Source of the DNA: Somniosus microcephalus
Taxonomy: Eukaryota
DNA length: 64,000 nt
Direction of reading: 5' to 3'
Assembly: GCA_052327205.1 (NCBI GenBank)
Contig: CM126214.1
Coordinates: forward strand, 138,198,001-138,262,000
Shown here: positions 39,213-46,900 of the stretch, piece by piece
Layout: each line of letters begins with the position of its first letter
Numbering within the stretch: the stretch's first letter is position 1
Notes under the pieces: model-generated
Database searches by the model: none
What the model was told of the DNA's origin: nothing
The model's input: only the letters and a program-made list of their open reading frames with translations
Translations under genes and position numbers: made by a program

Positions 39213-42200
39213 TGATATACCTATCAATTCCTCCAATAAAAGGCGAAGAGTTACGAAGGTGACTAAAGGTTTTTATTGACTAAATAACAGAGCCCACTCT
39301 CGTGGGTGATCCGATCCAAGCAGGAGGAATACCAGTCAGTCGCTCACCTTTATACCTGGCCTGGTGGGTGGAGCCAAGGCGGAGTCGGCGGTGGTCATCC
39401 CAGGTATAGCAGTGTGGCAAGAGGCGACCTCGTACCGTGATACAATAGTGGTCAGTGATACAGTTATAACGAACAGTGGTGAACAGTGCTAACTACTAAC
39501 AGTGATACGATAGTGAACGTGGTTTACCACATTCACCCCTTGTTTAGAATTAAGTCCGGCGGGGTGAAGTGTACTACCAATTCTGGTAGGTCAGTCTGTC
39601 CGGAGGCTTCGTAAGCCTCTCCGATCGCCGCAGCGGTGGTGTTGCCTTATCCGGTGCTGGTGCCTTATCCGGTGTTGATGCTGGTGTTTGCGTGGTCGGC
39701 GAGGGCTCGTGGGGTTCCGGCATGCCGTCTACCTGGGCTGGGGTTGGGGGGGGTGGTGGCGGTGTTTCCGGATCGGCTGAGGGTGCGAGGTCTCGTAGGG
39801 AGACAGTGTCCTCCCGCCCGTCTGGGTACGCCACGTAGGCGTACTGGGGGTTGGCGTGCAGGAGGTTCACCCTCTCGACCAGGGGGTCCGTTTTATGGGC
39901 CCTCACGTGTTTCCGCAGCCAGACCGGCCCCGGGGCGGTCAGCCAGGTTGGTAGAGTGGTTCCCGTAGTCGACTTCCTGGGGAAAACGAACATTCGTTCA
40001 TGGGGGGTGGTGTTAGTGGCCGTGCAAAGTAATGACCGGATGGAGTGCAGCGCTGTCGGGAGGACTTCTTGCCAGCGGGAGGTTGGGAGGCCCTTAGACT
40101 TTAAGGCTAAGAGGACGGCCTTCCATACCGTCGCGTTCTCTCTTTCCACCTGACCGTTACCTCTGGGGTTGTAGCTGGTGGTCCTGCTTGCTGCAATACC
40201 TCTCTCTAGGAGGAATTGCCGGAGTTCCTCGCTCATGAAGGAGGAACCCCGGTCACTGTGTATATAGTTCGGGAACCCGAACAAGGCGAAGAGGGCATTC
40301 AGGCACTTGATGACCGTGCTACTGGTCATGTCGGGGCAGGGGAAGGCAAAGGGGAAACGGGAGTACTCATCAACGATGTTGAGGAAGTACACATTACGGT
40401 CAGAGGACGGGAGGGGCCCCTTAAAGTCGATGCTCAGGCGCTCGAAGGGGCGGGTGGCCTTGATCAGGCTTGCTCGGTCCGGCCTATAGAAGTGCGGTTT
40501 GCACTCCGCACAGGTCTGGCAGTTCCTGGTCATGGTCCTGACCTCCTCGATGGAGTAGGTCAGGTTGCGGGCCTTAATGAAATGGTAGAGTCTGGTGACT
40601 CCGGGGTGGCAGAGCTGGTCGTGGAGGGTCTGAAGCCTATCGATATGCGCGCTGGCGCATGTCATTCGTGAAAGGGCATCAGGGGATTCGTTCAGCTTGC
40701 CTGGCCGGTACAAGATCTCATAATCGTAGGTGGAGAGCTCGATTCTCCATCTCAAAATCTTGTCATTCTTGATTTTGCCCTTCAGCTTGTTATTAAACAT
40801 GAAAGCCACCGAACGCTGGTCGGTGAGGAGGGTAAATCGTTTGCCTGCCAGGTAGTGCCTCCAGCGCCGTACTGCCTCCACGATCGCCTGGGCCTCTTTC
40901 TCGACCGACGAATGTCGGATCTCGGGGCCCTGTAGGGTCCTTGAGAAGAAGGCCACTGGCCTCCCCTCCTGGTTTAGGGTGGCGGCTAAGGCGAAGTCGG
41001 ATGCGTCGCTCTCCACCTGGAAGGGGATGGACTCGTCCACTGCGTGCATCGTGGCCTTGGCTATGTCTCCCTTAATGAGGGAGAAGGCCGCGCACGCCTC
41101 CTCCGTGAGGGGGAAGGAAGTGGCTTTCAGGAGGGGTCTGGCTTTGTCCGCGTAATTGGGTACCCATTGGGCATAGTAGGCGAAAAGCCCCAGGGTTCTC
41201 CTAAGTGCTTTAGGGCAGTGGGGGAGGGGTAGCTCCATGAGGGGGCGCATTCTTTCTGGGTCGGGGCCGATGATTCCGTTCTCCACTACGCAGCCGAGGA
41301 TGGCAAGGCGTGTGGTGTTAAACACGCATTTCTCCTTATTGTAGGTGAGGTTCAGCCGTTGGGCCGTACGGAGGAATTTCTCCAGATTCGCGTCATGTTC
41401 CTGCCGGTCGCGGCCGCAGATAGTGACGTTATCTAGGTAGGGGAATGTAGCCTGCAGTTCGTTCTGGTCAACCATCTGGTCCATCTCCCTTTGGAAGACC
41501 GAGACCCCATTAGTGACACCGAAGGGGACCCTAAGGAAGTGGTATAGGCGCCCATTCGCCTCGAAGGCGGTATACTGGCGGTCCTCAGGGTGGATAGGGA
41601 GTTGGTGGTAGGCCGACTTCAGGTCGATGGTCGAGAATACTTTATACTGTGCAATCTGATTGACCATGTCAGATATGCGGGGGAGGGGGTATGCGTCCAG
41701 CTGGGTATATCTGTTTATGGTCTGGCTGTAGTCGATGACCAGGCGGTTTTTATCGCCGGTCTTTACGACTACGACCTGGGCACGCCAGGGGCTGCTGCTC
41801 CCCTCGATAATGCCCTCTTTCAGGAGGCGCCGCACCTCAGAGCTAATGAAGGCTCTGTCCCCGGCGCTATACCGCCTGCTCTTGGTAGCGACGGGTTTGC
41901 AGTCAGGGGTAAGGTTAGCAAACAGAGAGGGTGGCGGGACCTTGAGGGTGGAGAGGCTGCAGGTGTTACGCGGTGGGCGGTTTAACGTTTGCTGGTTGTT
42001 GACTGTGAGTGGGGGGAGGGGTCCACCGTATGCTAGGGTTACGCTTTGGAGGTGGGATTGGAAGTCCAGCCCTAGTAGGACGGCAGCGCAGAGATGGGGG
42101 AGGACGAGGAGTTTAAAGTTTTTATACTCCGTGCCCTTAACCGACAGGGTCACGACACAGTAGCCGCTGATGTCCGTGGCGTGGGACCTCGATGCCATCG

Positions 42201-43913
42201 AGATTCTGCTGCGCGTTGGTAGGACAGAGAGGGAGTAGTGGCTCACCGTGTCTGGGTGGATGAAGCTCTCCGTGCTTCCGCTGTCGAACAGGCAGGTCGT
42301 GGCGTGGCCGTTCACTTTGATGTCCATCATTGACTTGGACAGATGGTGCGGGCGGGCTTGGTCCAGGGTGACGGAAGCTAGTGTGTAGCTGAGCGAGTCG
42401 TTGTCATCTGCGGGCGAGGCGGTCGGGCGTGGTGAGTAAAATGGCGTCTCCCACGAGGTAGGGCAAAATGACGGAGAAGATGGCTGCCCCCGTAGCTCAC
42501 ATGAGGCACTATTGGGGTCGGTTGCCTTAATCAAAGATGGCCGCCCCCATGACTCATGTGTGGGGATGCTGGCCTCAGTTGCCCTAAACAAAGATGGCCA
42601 CCCCCATGACTCATGTGTGGGGATGCTGGCCTCAGTTGCCCTAAACGAAGATGGCCGCCCCCATAGTTCGCATGCGGCACTGCTGGCCTCTGAGGATCCG
42701 CTCCTGCAGGCCTTGGAGAAGTGGCCTTTCTTCAGGCAGGTTCTGCATGTGGAGTTCTTGGCTGGGCAGCGCGACCTCGGGTGCTTCTCCTGGCCACAAA
42801 AAAAACAGCCGGCGGCCCGATCGCGGATGCCCGATGTCGGGGCCGGTGCCGGGGGTGGCGGGGCCGGTCGGGTCCGGGACGCCGACGCAGAGGTAGGTCC
42901 CGGGGGCGGCGCTGGGAAGGGTGCTGTGGTAGGGGTCGGGCCCGAGTCCCAGGGTCGCGAGCAGTACCTGGTGAATGCTTCCTGATCTTGGTGGGCCACT
43001 TCCAGGGAGATAGCGAGGGCTTCAGCTTTTTCCATGCTGAGGTCTTTAGCTTCCAGCAGTCTTTGCCGTGAGTACTCGGACCGTAGGCCTTTCAGGAATG
43101 CGTCGCGGATATTATCTTCAGTATTTTCGGCTGCCGACACCGATTTAAAGTCACAGTTCCTGGCGAGTGCATATAGCGCCTGTGAGAATTCGGCTACTGA
43201 TTCTCCTGGCTGTTGCGGCCGTGATCTTAGGAGGTGCCTAGCGTACATGTAGTTTACCGGGGTCCGGTACTTCTGTTTCAGCAGGTTGATGGCGGTCTCG
43301 TAGGTAGTCATGTCCTCGATGAGAGTGTATACTCTCGGGCTCAGTTGCGCCTGCAGGACACTTAGTTTGGATGCCTGAGGGACGCTGGATTCTCTCAGGT
43401 ATGATTCGAAGCAGACCAGCCAGTGTTTAAAGTCTGCGGCTGAGTTTGCTGCTCGTGGGTTCAGGTCCAGGTACGGCGGTCTGAGGGCTCGCAGCCAAGC
43501 TGGCTGGTGTGGCTGTGCTCCTGGGAGCTGCGCTGGTGGCTCCTCCGCCGGTTGTGACTCGTTGTCGGACATCATTAAATTTAGTCAATAAAATTGATAT
43601 ACCTATCAATTCCTCCAATAAAAGGCGAAGAGTTACGAAGGTGACTAAAGGTTTTTATTGACTAAATAACAGAGCCCACTCTCGTGGGTGATCCGATCCA
43701 AGCAGGAGGAATACCAGTCAGTCGCTCACCTTTATACCTGGCCTGGTGGGTGGAGCCAAGGCGGAGTCGGCGGTGGTCATCCCAGGTATAGCAGTGTGGC
43801 AAGAGGCGACCTCGTACCGTGATACAATAGTGGTCAGTGATACAGTTATAACGAACAGTGGTGAACAGTGCTAACTACTAACAGTGATACGATAGTGAAC
43901 GTGGTTTACCACA
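39213..43913 (-). mobile_element. Intact Ty3/Gypsy LTR retrotransposon B (4701 bp, probably Mag-like)
   Basis: Two 319-bp LTRs (43595-43913 and 39213-39531) with TG...CA ends, identical by eye. 5-bp TSD GCCCA (39208-39212 and 43914-43918). PPT AAACAAGGGGTGAA before the 3' LTR. One uninterrupted gag-pol ORF. Confidence 0.98.
39574..43575 (-). CDS. Gag-Pol polyprotein, 1333 aa (Gag with two Zn knuckles, PR, RT, RNase H, IN)
   Basis: Knuckles CFFCGQEKHPRSRC and CRTCLKKGHFSKAC. Protease LFDSGS. RT YPLPRI/IDLKSAYHQ/VPFG/YLDN. RNase H SDASD/EKEAQA/TDQ/PDALSR. Integrase HHCC plus IDF/SDRG/VERE. Gypsy domain order, with no env or chromodomain. Confidence 0.97.
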   Translation of the reverse strand: MMSDNESQPAEEPPAQLPGAQPHQPAWLRALRPPYLDLNPRAANSAADFKHWLVCFESYLRESSVPQASKLSVLQAQLSPRVYTLIEDMTTYETAINLLKQKYRTPVNYMYARHLLRSRPQQPGESVAEFSQALYALARNCDFKSVSAAENTEDNIRDAFLKGLRSEYSRQRLLEAKDLSMEKAEALAISLEVAHQDQEAFTRYCSRPWDSGPTPTTAPFPAPPPGPTSASASRTRPAPPPPAPAPTSGIRDRAAGCFFCGQEKHPRSRCPAKNSTCRTCLKKGHFSKACRSGSSEASSAACELWGRPSSFRATEASIPTHESWGWPSLFRATEASIPTHESWGRPSLIKATDPNSASCELRGQPSSPSFCPTSWETPFYSPRPTASPADDNDSLSYTLASVTLDQARPHHLSKSMMDIKVNGHATTCLFDSGSTESFIHPDTVSHYSLSVLPTRSRISMASRSHATDISGYCVVTLSVKGTEYKNFKLLVLPHLCAAVLLGLDFQSHLQSVTLAYGGPLPPLTVNNQQTLNRPPRNTCSLSTLKVPPPSLFANLTPDCKPVATKSRRYSAGDRAFISSEVRRLLKEGIIEGSSSPWRAQVVVVKTGDKNRLVIDYSQTINRYTQLDAYPLPRISDMVNQIAQYKVFSTIDLKSAYHQLPIHPEDRQYTAFEANGRLYHFLRVPFGVTNGVSVFQREMDQMVDQNELQATFPYLDNVTICGRDRQEHDANLEKFLRTAQRLNLTYNKEKCVFNTTRLAILGCVVENGIIGPDPERMRPLMELPLPHCPKALRRTLGLFAYYAQWVPNYADKARPLLKATSFPLTEEACAAFSLIKGDIAKATMHAVDESIPFQVESDASDFALAATLNQEGRPVAFFSRTLQGPEIRHSSVEKEAQAIVEAVRRWRHYLAGKRFTLLTDQRSVAFMFNNKLKGKIKNDKILRWRIELSTYDYEILYRPGKLNESPDALSRMTCASAHIDRLQTLHDQLCHPGVTRLYHFIKARNLTYSIEEVRTMTRNCQTCAECKPHFYRPDRASLIKATRPFERLSIDFKGPLPSSDRNVYFLNIVDEYSRFPFAFPCPDMTSSTVIKCLNALFALFGFPNYIHSDRGSSFMSEELRQFLLERGIAASRTTSYNPRGNGQVERENATVWKAVLLALKSKGLPTSRWQEVLPTALHSIRSLLCTATNTTPHERMFVFPRKSTTGTTLPTWLTAPGPVWLRKHVRAHKTDPLVERVNLLHANPQYAYVAYPDGREDTVSLRDLAPSADPETPPPPPPTPAQVDGMPEPHEPSPTTQTPASTPDKAPAPDKATPPLRRSERLTKPPDRLTYQNW

Positions 43914-46900
43914 GCCCATACACCGCCTTCGAGGCGAACGGGCGCCTCTACCATTTTCTCAGAGTGGCCTTCGGGGTAACAAATGGGATCTCGGTCTTCC
44001 AACGTGAGATGGTCCGCATGGTTGACGAGAATAAACTACAAGCTACCTACCCCTATCTGGACAATGTCACTATCTGCGGGCACAACCAGCAAGACCACGA
44101 TCTAAATCTTGCGAGATTTTTAAAAACTGCCCTAAAGCTGAATCTAACCTACAACGAAGACAAATGCGTCTTCAACACAACCCGTCTCTGTATCCTCGGC
44201 TGTGTGGTGGAAGATGGGGTAATTGGACCGGACCCTGACCGATTACGCCCCCTAAAAGGAACTGCCCCTGCCACACAATCCCAAAGCTTTAAAAAGGTGC
44301 CTGGGATTTTTTTCATATTATGCCCAATGGGTGCCCAATTACTCTGATAAGGCCCGACCCCTCATTAAATCAACGTCCTTCCCACTATCAGCTGAAGCTC
44401 GGGAGGCTTTCACCAGTATTAAACAGGACATTGAAAGGGCTGCAGTGTGTGCAGTGGACGAATGCATTCCCTTTCAAGTCGAAAGCGATGCGTCAGACTT
44501 TGCCTTAGCTGCGACCCTCAATCAGGCTGGGAGACCTGTGGCCTTCTTCTCCCGAACCCTTCAGGGACCTGAAATCAGGCACTCTTCTGTTGAGGCGGCG
44601 GCACAGGCTATAGTGGAGGCAGTGCGGCACTGGAGACAGTACCTAGCCGGCAAACGTTTCACCCTGCTCACCGACCAGCGGTCGGTGGCTTTCATGTTTA
44701 ATAACAAAGGGGGAAAATCAAGAATGACAAAATACTCAGGTGGAGGATCGAACTATCCACGTTCGACTATGATATTATGTACAGGCCGGGAGCCCTTAAT
44801 GAACCCCCAGACGTCCTATCGTGGGGAATGTGTGCCAGCATTCATACGGACAAATTACAGGGTCTCCACAACGACCTCTGTCACCCAGGGGTCACCCGAC
44901 TATACCATTTCATGAAGTCCTGCAATCTGCCCCACTCCATCGAGGTGGTCAGGGCAATGACCAGAGCCTGCCGCATCTGTGCGGAATGAAAGCCTAGTTT
45001 CTACAGGCCTGACCGTGCACACCTTATCAAAGCCACACGGCCATTCGAGCGCCTAAGTCTGGACTTCAAGGGACCCCTTCCCTCTGCCGACCGTAACGTA
45101 TACTTCCTCAATATCATTGATGAATATTCCCGCTTCCCCTTCGCCATTCCCTGCCCAGACATGACCAGTGCCACGGTCATCAAGTGTCTCTGTAATCTAT
45201 TCTGCATGTTTGGCATGCCGAACTACATACACAGCGATAGGGGGACGTCATTCATGAGTGACGAGCTGCGCCAGTTCTTGCTCTCGAAGGGGATAGCCAC
45301 TAGCAGAACCACTAGCTACAACCCCCGGGGTAATGGGCAAGTGGAAAGGGAGAATGCTACTGTTTGGAAGGCTGTCACGTTAGCCTTAAAGTCAAAAGGC
45401 CTTCCGACCTCCTGCTGGCAGGAAGTCCTCCCAGACGTGCTCCACTCCATAAGGTCTCTGTTATGTACTGCCACTAACGCTACCCCTCACGAAAAGATGT
45501 TCGTTTTCCCCCGGAAATCCACCTCGGGCATATCTCTACCCGCGTGGCTGACGTCTCCGGGGACAGTACTATTGCAGAAGCACGTGAGAGGCCATAAAAC
45601 GGACCCCCTTGTGGAAAAGGTACAGCTCCTCCATGCAAACCCTCAGTACGCCTATATCGAATACTCTGACGGGCGAGAGGACACTGTTTCCATAAAAGAC
45701 CTCGCTCCCTTGGGGAGCGGAGAGAACGATGGGAGACTACCCGATGAAGACCTACACTACAAAGAGACAGGACGCCCAGAGGTATCAATACCCAACTTTA
45801 ACCTGGAGGACACTGCAGATAACCTGGAAGACACTGCGGAGGCCCGGACAGCGGAGGAACCAGAATCCACTCCCCTAGGAGGCACCCCAACCGGCTTTGC
45901 GCCGATCACCGAGAACTGCAAAACCTCCTGACAGACTCACTTATACCAACTTTTAAGAAACATCAGCCCGATGGACTAAATCTATAGAAGGGGTGAATGT
46001 AATGAAATCTGTTTGTCTTGATCCTGTATTCGTTGAGCACTCATATATATTACCCTCCCCCACTGTGTATAGTTTCACTTCCTCTTTCCCGACTAACCTG
46101 GGAGGTTCCAGGTCTTGGCTCTTGGCTCCGCCCCTGACTTCTCTTACATAAAGATCCCAGGATCTGTATGACTCATTCCTGTGAACCAGTCGGCGTGTTG
46201 AGATGTTAGCTCTGATCTTAGTGATTAAAAGCCAACTTGTTTAAGTCTATAACTTCTAGTTTTGTGGTTATTGAAGGCCCATCACATCCACAATCCGTAC
46301 CGCCACTTCCCTTCATGTCCTTCAGGGAAGAAAACCTGCGGTCCTTACCCAGTCTGGCCTATGTGTGACTCCAGTCCCAGACCAATATGTTTGACACTTC
46401 ACTCTGAAGTGGCCTAGCAAGTCACTCAGTTGTACCACCACCTTCTCAGGGAAACTAAGAATGGGCAATGCCAGCCTTGCCCACATCCTGAGAATGAACA
46501 AAACAAAATCATGCTTCTACCAAAGGAAGTGGCTTTTCAGGCCACATGATCTTTTTCTGTTCCTGAAACTTCAATCATGGATGCCACTAGCATCAGGCCA
46601 TCCTCTAGCCAGACAGCAAAAGGAGCTAGCCCAGTCTAGATAATAGTACAATGCTCCAATCAAAAAAAGGACCAAGATGCACTGAGGAGTCGTCAGCAAC
46701 ACTTCTCAGCAATATATTTATTTCAAATACAATATAAATTGTCAGGTACAAAGATTTCTAGGTGTAATATCAATTGGTTTCTATACATGAACACCGCCAT
46801 TTTGAAAATATGACATTCTGTTCAGTCTTGAAGACAGAGACCCATTAAGAACTCCCACTGAGCATCCTAAAGAAATCAAAAGCAATTATAAAACCGAGCA

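Larger units (their letters stand above)
37548..45956 (+). pseudogene. Disrupted gag-pol of element A
   Basis: Fragments 37548.., 38083.., 38952.., 43868.., 44331.., 44777.. and 45161.. are collinear with B's protein. Stops at about 38916 and 44987. Frameshifts near 38200, 38725-38745, 44256, 44710 and about 45890. Confidence 0.93.
37243..46284 (+). mobile_element. Defective Ty3/Gypsy LTR retrotransposon A (about 4.34 kb net), interrupted by element B
   Basis: 5' LTR 37243-37522 (280 bp) and 3' LTR 45998-46284 (287 bp, extra CTTGGCT), TG...CA ends. 5-bp TSD CATCC (37238-37242 and 46285-46289). PPT AGAAGGGGTGAA. RT rejoins as EDRP|YTAFEA across B. Confidence 0.97.
35591..46311 (-). mobile_element. 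5'-truncated CR1-clade LINE (35591-37242 plus 46290-46311), split by element A
   Basis: ORF2 motifs [50 protein letters not shown] and RPHLEYCVQFW in three frames. CR1 3' UTR tail. Sequence resumes after the CATCC TSD. Confidence 0.93.
35470..46505 (+). mobile_element. Shark SINE-like repeat split by the CR1 (35470-35590 plus 46317-46505)
   Basis: B-box-like GAGTTCAAATCTC. The halves read through as ...AAAAACCCAACTCGTTCATTCAT|GTCCTTCAGGGAAG..., with TTCAT at both junctions as a possible TSD. The 3' part resembles the fragment at about 13755-13825. Confidence 0.65.

Noticed and set aside
39532-39573. Possible env or chromodomain after integrase
   Set aside because: Only 42 nt lie between the stop and the 3' LTR, and the integrase tail is Pro-rich low-complexity sequence.
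42477-42700. Regularly spaced repeats resembling a CRISPR array
   Set aside because: Whole 57-bp units repeat with no unique spacers, they are in frame in a eukaryotic retrotransposon ORF, and there are no cas genes.
39636-43252. Many 60-157 aa plus-strand ORFs within element B
   Set aside because: Antisense shadows of a GC-rich gag-pol with no recognisable domains.
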